DNA of 63,714 nucleotides, filler included, from Perkinsus chesapeaki ATCC PRA-425 (lineage: Eukaryota; Protista; Perkinsozoa), in the NCBI GenBank assembly GCA_013115145.1. It is 6 parts of 6 records of this genome, joined end to end, with 100 filler letters (N's around TTAATTAATTAA, not from the genome) between each part and the next. Parts side by side here need not be neighbours in the genome. Positions count along the whole stretch, not along the records: positions 1 to 31,478 come from JAAPAO010000420.1; 5 more parts are not named here. One strand, given 5' to 3'. Made by a program: the position numbers and the translations under genes. The notes beneath the pieces were generated by a model. That model had not been told where the DNA came from. It saw only the letters and a list, made by a program, of their open reading frames with translations, and made no database searches. This document shows, one piece after another, positions 1 to 11,200 of this stretch; positions within the stretch are counted from its first letter, which is position 1; every line of letters begins with the position of its first letter.

Positions 1-333
1 AGCGACACCGTGAGAAACATGGTCAACATCCGGAACCGCCGACTCGATGCCATTTTCGGTAACGCCGACGGCAACAAGCCCATCATCGACCCAGTTCCCC
101 AGTGCAACCAAAATCGGCGGTCTATGAACATCCGGGTTGGCGACCCTGTACTTAAATGGACCCCTGCCACTGGTCAAGGTCCTCTTGGCACTCACTGGTC
201 TGGCCCCTTCACCGTCACCCACAAGACTGGTCGTCAAACGGTAATCCTAAGCGATGGTTCTCTACAAGATTGCAGAAATGTTCGACGATGGTATGGCAAG
301 CTACCTTCAGGCTCCAATACTCCTTCTCCTTAA
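1..333 (+). mobile_element. 3' end of Ty3/Gypsy LTR-retrotransposon pol (integrase C-terminus)
   Basis: ORF 10-333 contains the integrase C-terminal GPY/F-type motif HWSGPFTV and is followed immediately by a polypurine tract and an LTR-like segment. Confidence 0.8.
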
Positions 334-544
334 GGGGGGGAGAGGATGATAATATTTATAGTGCGTTGCACCGGCGCGCTGCACACAACGCATGCGTTTC
401 GCCGGATACGTTTCACATATCTGTGTAACCGTCTCTGCCTAACTCAGTTTTGCTACTCATATATCGTAATCTCTAGTAATCATATCACTGAGTAGGTTTG
501 TGTATACCTTTGCATTTCTATGCCCGGCAACGATTTGAGTAACA
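332..544 (+). mobile_element. Polypurine tract (332-346) and putative 3' LTR (347-544, TG...CA)
   Basis: AAGGGGGGGAGAGGA directly precedes TGATAA...; the segment ends GTAACA at 544, an imperfect inverted match to its start. The 5' LTR lies outside the window, so the target-site duplication cannot be checked. Confidence 0.65.
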
Positions 545-560
545 CCAGTGGCGATGAACG

Positions 561-3500
561 TCAACTCTCTACAAACTCTATTCCAGCTGAGGCTAAGCTG
601 TGATACCTGTGTAATTTAGCGACAGCTACTTCCGCTTCATTCTTCGGCAACGGAGTCGTCAACTTCAATTTAGCCGCCAGTGGAGGTGCTGTGCTCCCCA
701 AAGATTCAAATACAGGCGATAGGCCAGTAACCAGTTCCTTCTCGTCAATATGAGCTATAGAACCTGACAAACATAATCAAGGTACAGACAGAAAATCTTG
801 CTTACCTTGCTCATCTTGCATTTCCTCAACGCTGTTATCAGCATCATTCGACTCCACTGCCTGATTAGCAAAGGCCGCCATCATATTAGACTTTTGTACA
901 GCATCTGAAATGGTTGGATTTAGCGCGAGCCCAATTGATCGATTGGTTACCCTCATCAGTTGGCGGTTTGTTAGTCAGCATCATTTTATTAATGATAGCT
1001 TCAAATTCAGCCATCTCATCCCGTGTGTCTTCGCTGTGTCCAACGTGCTCGGATTTCTAACGCATGGTAAGGTTTACAAATTGATGCTGGAAAAATTGGA
1101 AAATACATGGAAATTCACGAAATTCCCGGAAAATTTAGATACTGGAATTTTCTTGGTGACAAATGACACTACAGCACTCCCGTTACTCTCTTGCTTAGCA
1201 GCCGGGAGTAGAAAATGACCACGAACTAGCAAAACATAATACTACTATCAAAAGTGTTGGTGAAAACCCCGATCCTGGCATATAAATTTATAACTGATCT
1301 TTTTTATCAGAAATGGAGTAGATAATTTTCACCGATGGAGATAGAATTTTTGATGTTGTCTGATTTTTTATGTTGCGTATGACTATTAGCCTTACTTTCT
1401 CATCACTGGGCTCTTCAACCTTCTCATTCTCTTCGTTATATAATAATGTCCGATCGCGTAGCTGAGAAATATTTTCCATTAAATGTTCAACATGACGGTG
1501 AACAAATAAATGGTGCGTGAAAATAAGTATCCACTGAGTCTTACCGCTTCCGTGGAGGTCAGGAATGCCTTAGAGGCTTTCTCAAGATACTCCTGGCCGA
1601 ACTGGTCCATCTGAAAAATACCGAATGCCGGGATCGAACTTGCGCCTTTTCATATGCGGCAAATCGGATAGCAAGCCATAACAGCTCTATTCGATACTGG
1701 ATGTGCAGCGGAGCGAAGCGAGACACTTTTTGTTATTGTATTATCTGAACACTTACAATCTCCCTTGCTTTTGGATGGTTTTCTCCAAGCTCTCGGACTA
1801 ACGTGCACACTCTAACATAAGATACTCCAAAATTTTGCAGCAGCGCAAATCTTGCCTGTGCGCAACATCCAATGCTTCCTCTGATTCGTCCGAGACTTCC
1901 GTTGCCTGTGAACCCAGCGACGCGTTCAATGCTTTGACAAATCGGTCAAGTAGCTCAACGTCACGGTCCAGTAAAAATGATATCTGAGATCAAAATGCGG
2001 GTGCCGGGAATCGAACCAGGGACCTTACAAATTCTCTATACTCTTCATCTCCCAGCGTGGCCTTTGCAAACTCTAGCATCTTGCCATTCACACTGCCGAT
2101 CTTTCTAGTCCATTCATCTTCGAGACGATCTCGTATAGACCTCCGCGTGACCGCCAATTGCCGTTGATACCTGAAATGATGGATTTTTTCTGACACCTCT
2201 AGCTGTGTAAAAACCTACTCCATTCTCAAATGTTTAACTTTAGCATTGTCTATTTCTTGCTGAAGACTCTTCACTTGCTCTCCAAACACCACCATTTCCA
2301 GCATCATCTCATCTATGTATCTAAAAAGAGCACTGACACTTAAAGTGAGCATTTTCCCGAACTTGAACCATGTAATAAAAAACAACAAGCGTATCATAGT
2401 CCAGCTATTTGCTACAAAAACTTCAATAAAGTTGAAGCATCATTCCCCGCCCCTGCAGAAAATATGAGAACGCTCTCTGTGAAATATCAAGAGGCATTGA
2501 TCAATATGCAATGATAGTTATTGTCATAATTATTGTGAGTTCCAACTTAGGCACATTATGTCGGGCAATCTAATGTTTACCACCTGCATCCTCTTACCAG
2601 TGGTTTGCTATAGAAATTTTTCTTCGCGAAAAGCTCGGTCGAGCTCATCTCACGAGCGAGGCTTGAAGTAGACGAATCTTACCTGGTCTCCAATCTTAGT
2701 CGATCAGCCAGGAATTCATTAAGGATTGGATGCCCCCGACCAAGCTCGTTCACATATTGCCGTGCTGCAGAATCCAATACAATTAAACTGCCAGATAATG
2801 GCCATTCCCATCGAGTTTCGAGCTCATATCTGAGTTGAGGAAATGCAAGATCCGGCAAGATTAGCAAGATTTGTACTCTAAAAACTGCTGCCTCTGTCGA
2901 CGATGCTTTGTTATAGCGGGCCATACACGGCTGCTCATTGTGCCAAGCTGACCTATTGCATATTGCTCAACATCATTGATGTCGTTTAGGGAATCTGAGA
3001 CGGCTCTGGATGGCAGCAGCATTTACGTCGCCTTACGCGCTCTCCTCAGCTTCTCCAGAATTCTGCCTTCCGCAATTTCGTACCTGATTCCATCTTGCAC
3101 TTCTGGAGAATTTCACAAGTCTAAAAGAGTCTCGGGAGGGGCAAAAACAGTTCCACTGAAACATACAGCGGTCGGAAATCCTATTGTTAAGTTAGATACC
3201 GTTCAGCCAGCCAGACTACTACTGGAAGAGGTAGTTGTATCTGTAGTTGGATTCTAGGCAACAAATATCTACTACTTGGTGAACTCAGTATCTTTAGGAA
3301 ATTGTCCAGCCAACTTACCTAGATTTCAGCTCCTCTTCGGCAAAGTTCAAGATCCCCGTAAGCTTCTGGGGAAGAGCCCTTTTGTATTTTTCAATCAGTT
3401 TGTGAACTTGGTATCTGGCTTGATCAATTGTAACGATATTCCCAATGTTCTCTATTTTCCAGCAAAAGTGTGACTCACGATTTTCTATGAAACGGTTGAT

Positions 3501-5480
3501 CGATTTAGGTTCCCGTGACAAATATATACATTAAACCCTGTAATAAATTTGCGAATTTTGGCACAAGAAGTCCCATATAAATTTTTTTAACGATTGCCCA
3601 TGATACAAAGACTAATCACGGGCTTACGGCGTGGCAGTCTTATCAGTCGATGAGGATTTCGTTGCACCCAGTTGATCGATTTCATACTGTAAGCCTTCCT
3701 GTAAGTCAACGAGCATCGTGTGGAGCTTCTCCGACAGCATTACCTGAAAACACTTTAAGAAGGGATAAATAAAGAGTGGTGATCTAGGAGGTGAATGAAT
3801 GTTTGAGACTCGATGGGCATTTATCTCGGAATGCTGAGATGACAAGGAAACCTACTCAGTCGATTAGGGAACGAATGATATCGATATAAATATCGTTATT
3901 AATAATAGTGATACAACCTAGATTGTTTGCTCCTCCTAATAAAGGTTATTGCTTACAGTGTGAGGTGTATATTTCCGGAGGAGTTTTGGGCCTCGGTGCT
4001 TTCTTTTCGCGCGACATGGATCAGGAAAGTACAAGTTATTTTCAGCATCTTGCTTTGCAGGATGATTTGAAATAAATCGAAATGACAAGTCCGACATGAT
4101 CTAATAATCGCTGTCCATTAATAATACAGATGATACAGAAGTTAGTAATTAAAGTATATGAAAATCATCACAGAAATACCTACACCAAAAAAGGGTACAA
4201 TTATATAAAGGTCTATTGCACTACTTAAGATTTGGTCAAACCTGTCACTCAACAGCTTACCACAGCAGGATGCTCCCCACCAAGCGACCTTGTATAAATC
4301 CTCTGTAGACTTTCGACCAGGTTGATATCGAGACCGCGCTGACAAAGATGAACACTACTGTCGCAGGTACTTGATGAGGATTTTTAATGTCCGTGTTGAG
4401 AATAAGCTTAATGTAAACGACATCCTAGAGCCTCCGCCATTTTACACGTATCACTCTCGTGAAGAGTGATGTTTCAAGTACTAACAATGAAGAGATTTCG
4501 TACTGTGCAGAGAGCCTTGAAGCCTCCAGTTAAATGTATGTTACTTTTCAGTCGAACGCTGAACTGGCCTTAGTTCTACTCAAACCGATGTACACCAATT
4601 CTTCATTCACCAAAGCAAAATTGATATTTGCTAAATACTTAATATTAAATGATACAAAGCTTGATATCCCCATTGGCCATGGGAAGTCTCTTGCCAACTG
4701 GGTTATGCAGGACCCTCGTCAGGAGCAAAGACGAAGATGAAAGCCCACCTCTTTTGCACAAACTATAGATGCAACCTGTAGTGCTTCAAAGCTGAGGTTA
4801 ACCTATAAAATGATTTTTGAAGATACGCCTGGTGGTTGCTCTTGCCCAGCTCGGATTCCTTAACCTCCGACTGAGATAGAGCCCGACAGCTATCTCGGGT
4901 AGAGGTGGGCAAACCTCTTCAGACCAACGGAAGCGCTCTGAAAGAGGGAGGTATGGGAGTAGGAAAATGCTGGATTATACCTTTGTTCTTCTTATATTGT
5001 TTTAATCGTGCCACCGCCTGGAATCGAACCTGGGTCGTTTGCATGGAAGTTAGCCCTCCCCCTTGTATGAGCTTACCACTGTGAGTACAATATGTGGTGG
5101 CTGTCTTATTGGATCATCTAATAGCTCATCTGCACTAAGTATCCGATTATGGAACATTGAATTGATATTATGGGATGATTTAGTCATTGTGATGATACAT
5201 TCTACTGACAATTGCGCACTATAAAGAATATCTTCCAACGATCGAGCATCTTCTATTCAAAATCCCAGGAGTGTTTACTAGTTCCACGTATAATGATTTC
5301 CAGTGCTCATTCATGAACATTCATTCTAGGTTGAAATTTTCAAGGTAATAGTAAAAAAGCACAGCATGAGCCATACTATATTTGGTTACGAACGCTACCT
5401 GAGTTCGTGTATACAAATGCTTTCATTGATATCCGATGAAGATAACAAAGCGACTGTATTTCCAGTGCCCTTATTCAACA
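561..5480 (-). CDS. Multi-exon hypothetical protein gene (possibly more than one gene; 5' end uncertain)
   Basis: Exons join in frame across short GT-AG introns (e.g. TDE|DAVQKSNMM..EQ|GSIAHIDEKEL; EEYREF|ISFLLDRD; AREI|MDQFGQEY). No family motif recognised. Confidence 0.55.
1619..1660 (-). pseudogene. Degenerate tRNA 3' half (Ala-like) at the 3' end of intron 1611-1756
   Basis: GCATATGAAAAGGCGCAAGTTCGATCCCGGCATTCGGTA followed by TTTTTCAG: B-box/T-loop plus a T-run that also serves as the acceptor pyrimidine tract. Confidence 0.5.
1984..2028 (-). pseudogene. 45-nt intron composed of a tRNA 3' end
   Basis: GTAAGGTCCCTGGTTCGATTCCCGGCACCCGCATTTTGATCTCAG: T-arm, acceptor 3' strand CACCCGC, discriminator A, TTTT. 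Read-through hits a stop codon; splicing restores a long open frame. Confidence 0.7.
5009..5055 (-). pseudogene. tRNA-Gly(UCC)-derived 3' half inside intron ~4938-5076
   Basis: CTTCCATGCAAACGACCCAGGTTCGATTCCAGGCGGTGGCA: TCC anticodon loop, variable loop GAC, T-arm and acceptor strand; no D-arm or 5' strand. Confidence 0.65.
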
Positions 5481-5639
5481 GCGTACATTTCATCACGATC
5501 AGCCCTTATCATAGTAGTTGTCCATGCCGATGAGTTGCTGAGAGAGAGCCACCAGTAGGATTCAAACGCGCCTTCTCGGCCTGCACGCCGGTTTCAGTAA
5601 CGCAACCGCCGGCCAGAGTTGGTATTAATGTTACACCAG

Positions 5640-7119
5640 TCATGCTCGTTGTATCCAAACAATGCCCGCGTATCCAAAACCTTCACAGTGCGCTACCGTG
5701 TCACTGTTAAAATAACATCATCGATTACATGACACGCTATTTCGCGGTTTCCTATCGACTGTTCTATGCAGCTTTCTATCACTTGTGCCACTATGCCGCA
5801 CGACACTTCATCAGTAATGCTCTCAGAGCTACACGACACTGTGTCACTGCTGTCCCACTGTGTCGCCGCGCTCACACTATTTGCTATTATCTCATCAACA
5901 ACGATTCTACTAAGCGTCACCGAGCAACTCTCCGAAACTGATGACCATTCCTCTTCGTCGTCAACCCCACAACTGTACATGGAGAGCAGGACTGTTCTAA
6001 CCGCCGTTCGTAATTCTGTGGCGCGCGACTTTAGCTCTTGTGCTGCGCTATCGTACACGTAAGCGAGGTAAATCGCCGTGTACTTCTTAGTCACTTTACT
6101 AATAGAAGACTTCATAATCAGTTTGGTGATGAGCTTAGGAACATATCTCACGTTCCATGCACGCTCATACACCCTTGACAAAATGGATAAACATGAATCG
6201 CTTCGCTCCGTCTGAATATCCACTTCTTCTGGAATGACTTTTAGAGCTTCCACTGGCTTTTTCGTAATGGTTCTCTCAGGCTTCGGTGATGGCTTTGGTT
6301 TGGGGACTGCTTTCTTGGCGGGAGATGGTGAACGTTTGCCTGAGGTAATGTGCTGCAGGACTACACTTTTAAACTAGTAGGCGTGGCGTTCCTGTGGTAT
6401 TATTGTATATGTTATCAACGAGGAAAGACACTAAGGGTGATAGAAGGATAAGGACTAGTTGGAGAGCTATTTCTCGGATTTCGAAAGCGAGTTGAGTTCC
6501 TCAGCCGATCAGAGAGATTTCGAGGCAGCAACCTCTGAATCAGGGCAAGCCCCGTCAGCCTCTTTGACAAAATGTACAGGCCAATAATATTTCTGAAAAG
6601 ACCAATAATACGGTACTGCCACAATCAGTCATTTTTCCTATAAATCAAACACTTTATGGAAGCTGCTGGATTTCATATTCGGAGTCTCTTCAACAGTCAT
6701 ATTTCCCACTTCTTATAATCATCATCACCCGTTCACTTTTGGCATACACGAAAGCTCCAGAGCTTTAACACTAAATTCTGTAAAGGATTGATATGCCCAA
6801 GTGGCGGCGGCTCACACCAGCAACTCTACCCATGCCATCTATACACTATTAAAGCCCTACCTCGTTTGTCGGGGCTCTCCGGTGCCTTGGGCTTTACAGC
6901 ACGAGGAGGAGGAGGGGGAGGAGTCTCCTCTGATGTAGCACAGCTGAACACGTCATCATCGATCTCCACTGTAGGCGACTTTGGAGGCGGCTGAGGCACG
7001 CAGGTTCGATCCGAGGGTAAGGTACTTGGCATACCTTTTTGGGCCTGCTCCAGTTCATTAGAGCATCTCTTCCGACGCCTAATAGCCTTCCTGGACGGCT
7101 TCTTGTAAATCTGGCCCAT
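5640..7119 (-). CDS. Hypothetical protein, basic/Pro-rich N-terminus and acidic Ser-rich C-terminal region
   Basis: ORFs 6826-7119 and 5693-6253 on the same strand with exon-like segments between them. Confidence 0.55.
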
Positions 7120-7229
7120 GCTCCTTGTGCTAGTTCTTGCCGCGATCGAGACTGAATAAACAAAGTCAATATCGAGACATTTATGACAACTTTTGCTTTA
7201 CGCAAATAACAACTTTGTTCTTTTCGCCA

Positions 7230-7766
7230 GACTCCATATTAGGATTGGCATGTCTCAACACTTGAACTTCGACTACTCAGCTCGTACAGAAAGCAAATTA
7301 TACTAGCCAGATGAGTGTTAGAGACAAAACTCACAAAAAGGTTGAGGTATTTCCCGTGCATTGCGTACATTTTCGAAAAGACAATGAAGAAGGTGCAACT
7401 TTTTTACAAAAAGTTCGCGACTCGCTGAGAGCTCACCTCGTCGATTTGCTTCCGGAACTCCTCAGCTGTTTTGCCTGATATCGAAGTGACATAGATACCT
7501 TCCAGAAAATATACCTTGCTTTTCCCGCATCGCTCCGCTAAGTTTCATCATTTTTTTTCCTGACCTTCTCGGCAACGGCGGCAGGATCGGTGGATCCAAC
7601 TTGTGTTTACGTAGTGGTAGATAGTTATCCTGGAAACGGAAGAATCGGTATGACACGATTTCGGAATTTTCCTTACTTGCCATTCCCAGTGTGTCATCAT
7701 AACCCATAGCTCATCCTCAAGCTTATTATTTTCGATACGCGTCCGACCAACTCGGTGTGGCATTTT
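7230..7766 (-). CDS. Small multi-exon hypothetical gene
   Basis: Short minus-strand ORFs with splice-like boundaries; no family recognised. Confidence 0.3.
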
Positions 7767-8015
7767 CAAACAAGCTGATCGGAAGTTGTGCTCAAAGATA
7801 TTAGCTCCCGAAGACTCGGCAATATATACCAGTCATCGCCCTGCCACAACTACACTATTGAGAGAAGCTATCATAGGCTAGAGCAATCCAGTGATTTCAG
7901 AGCCTTGTCATTCGCCAATAGCCAGCGTTTAACAATCCATCCCTTGTCGGAACTTATATCACGTATCGGTCAAGAGCGGTAAAACCTGCATGATCAAAAG
8001 TGGCAAAAAATATGT

Positions 8016-8087
8016 GGTCCTATAGTGTAGTGGTTAGCACTCTGGACTTTGAATCCAGCGACTCGGGTTCAAATCCCGATAGGACCT
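8016..8087 (+). tRNA. trnQ-UUG: tRNA-Gln(UUG), copy 1
   Basis: Full cloverleaf: acceptor GGTCCTA/TAGGACC, anticodon stem CTGGA/TCCAG with TTG, T-arm TCGGG-TTCAAAT-CCCGA, followed by a T-run. Confidence 0.97.
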
Positions 8088-8256
8088 TTTTGCGTCCTAA
8101 TCTAGTCGATCATACAGTTTATAATCAGCGCCTTGCAACCTCAAGGATCCCAAGTATGATGGAACGCAAAAAACAGGAAAAGTGAAACAATACAAGATCA
8201 TAACAAGTATATCATGACATAACAAATCGATCATCCGATCGATATCTCCATCGCCT

Positions 8257-11200
8257 TCAATAAACCGCGCACTTCAAATGCGGTGTTATGCCCTTAAGCT
8301 TCTCAGGTTTCTCAAAGTTATACTCGCTCATGTACCTGTCACATCGATCTAATCCGACTTTGAGATCTGTCAAACTTTATCAGCGCTCGGCTGGGACCGT
8401 CACCATTTGGTAACATGCTGTCACACTTTTCAAACATCTGTTTAGCCTTCTGCCAGCTGCCGTAATTATAAAAATGGTAACTGAAAAGAGCGGAGCGAAG
8501 CAGGTGAAAGATGAAGCATATTGTTAACTCTTACGCTTGTCTCCATAAAGTCCTGAAGTCTAATGTAAATCCCTCCTGTACAAGTTGAATATCTTTATCA
8601 ACTTCGAATAGCTGACAAAGAGAGGGTCATCTTGCGAGTTGAAATAAATTTGAAATAAGCAAGACTTTGGCGATGGCAAGGAAATTTAAACGTCTTAACG
8701 GAACCATAATTAAGTCTTCCAGTCGGGACTCACATATTCCAATGTGTTCTCGGCAAGCTCGCTGTCAGGTACCTCTGCTGGTAGGATGATCTTGCCCAAA
8801 AGATGATCTAACTCACAGTGTAATGTCGGACTCTTCCATATTAAGTAACGATGAACGATAAATTAAGGGAATTTACACCGTCACTTGACACCGAGATAAC
8901 TTCCGACGATCAACTTCTCTCTTCATCTTTGGGCAACACCACCACCGGACAAGATGACGATTATGTTACCACGTGATAGCCCAACCACCAGAACACAGTC
9001 TACTGCTACCCCTTAAAGGTCATTGCAAAATACGCGAGAGAAATGTGGTCTGGTTAAAAACCACAATAAAATAGAAATAACGGGCTCATAGAACACCCTA
9101 TCATAGCAATCCATCATTGTTGTTGTTCTTACTGTCAGGTATATCGGGTATATTATTATTCATATCGAATGTATACAGCTCATACTTCATCTCCGTTTTA
9201 GGCTCCTTACCAACTTCACCAATCATAACCTAATAACTTGCCCAACTCTGGCAGTGTGATCGCTGTGAGCTGTTGTTTAAACTTCTGCGTTTATTATTCC
9301 TATTCTTAAAACAACAGTTCTGTCTAGAGACCGAAATAATGCTCTTTGAAGCTCTTTGCCATAAGCACGCCTACTCAGTGAGCTTTGATCGGAAGTTTGT
9401 CTCAGAAGTAGAAAGGCAACTCATACTAGTGAATCATACAGCGTTGTGAACACCGCATCGACGAAGCTCAAATGATTTCTCATTTACTCGAAAATTTTCA
9501 AGTGATCTCGAGAGCGCTTTAAGGAGTATATTGGTAAATTGGAACAACCCAAGCATCATCACAGTCGTCACCTCATCAACAAGTCGACATCTCTCCCTCA
9601 CTTTGCCACCAAGATGCTCCATAACCGCACCGGTGATTAGTATATTAACTCCATAAAGTGGTGTGGATCTAACCTACCAATCAAAATCTCAACCCACCAA
9701 CACTCACACAAACCCCAATCGAAATCTCTAAAGATTCACTCAACGAAGAATCGCAGTTCGTTTTTTAACCTTCGTACCTACTTGGTCATAACAAAGATAT
9801 TTCTGTCACGCTCAGCAGCATTCTTTGGAATACAGCTGAGAGTGAAACTCCTATCAGAACTTGCCACTCCAAAGCTCTTGAATGATATTCTTTATTGATC
9901 GGATTAACATTTTAGTACAAATCGAAGAGAGCTTTGTTGATAGAGGTATACGTGGCTCACCAGAGAGTAGGCAGCACTAACATGGAATCCGATATAAGTG
10001 GCATCAATCTTCTGTTCGCTGCCAATAGCACCTACTTCCCATAACATACGAAAACCGTCACTCGCCACGAAATTACCTTCAATGCTCCATCCACAATGTA
10101 GAGCTACTCCGGCATCTACTTGATAGGCGAGCCCAAATTTTGGTATCAATTTCGGGTGTTTTGCATATGCTCGTAGATCACCAGCCCGGCGAATTTCAGC
10201 GACTATTTTGATGCAACCAAGCAAGGCTTTCTCAGCCAAATCTTGCCAATCTTGCTTTTTCTTAACGCTCCGTTCAAGACCAGCAAAAGAGCTTAGCGAC
10301 TCCATAGTGGTACTGAAATCGTTATAAGCATTTAGTGGCTCGAAGGAGAGTACCGGATTCTTCAGCGATAAGCACGAACAGAAAGTATGATGATAAATGA
10401 CGTAGACAACTGATGATGAAATCTAGGAAGGCGACTGGAGGACGGGGAGAGCATTGGATTCAAGCAAAACCCAAACCGACACGATTGTCTTAAATTCAGA
10501 GTAAGCTCACTACTTACCTCGGGTTTGCCAAGCCGGTAGCGTCTTTAGTGGCTGCTGCAGTGCTAACTGAGGAATAAAGAATCATTAACTTAATCATTTT
10601 GCATCCCATAAAATTCACCATCTTACTTCGAGCCTCCGTACCCCTTGTCTTCCCCTTAGATGATAACAGCATCATCTGAAACAAAATCTTGCAATCTTAC
10701 ATTTCCTCAACGCCACTTACTTCGCTCAACTCCGTATCATCTTGTGGTAAGAGCCACGTGAGCAAGAAGCTATCGCCAAGATTCTTATTAGCTGCACCCT
10801 CCCACTCATCGGCGCAAAGGTGAACTATTCTGGCTATCTTATTGACAAATACCATCACCTATATTTCATAGAAGATTTGCCATCACCCGACAAAGTCGAT
10901 TCGGCGCATCGAGTTTAAGATGTATTCTCCGACAACTCACCTCTTCAAGTAGGCAGTCTGTAGTGCCGCCAAATTTACGTATGTCACAATAGGCGTAGAC
11001 TCCTTCGACCTGAAACGAGCCAATCAAAGGGGGCGCTCGGCTAAGTGGCGACTTGACATTTAAAACCGTATAGCAAATCCGGCCTGGCAAATACCCATAT
11101 CCAACTGCGGCAGAAGATAATACAGTAATAAGTAAGGATCGTGCATTTTCCTTAGGCAAATCGCGAAGAATTTTATTTCTCGGCCAATTTTGAGAGTTTC

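Noticed and set aside
6991-7034. GCACGCAGGTTCGATCC B-box-like segment bounded by GT..AG on the minus strand
   Set aside because: Removing the 44 nt breaks the frame; no acceptor strand or T-run; probably coding or chance.
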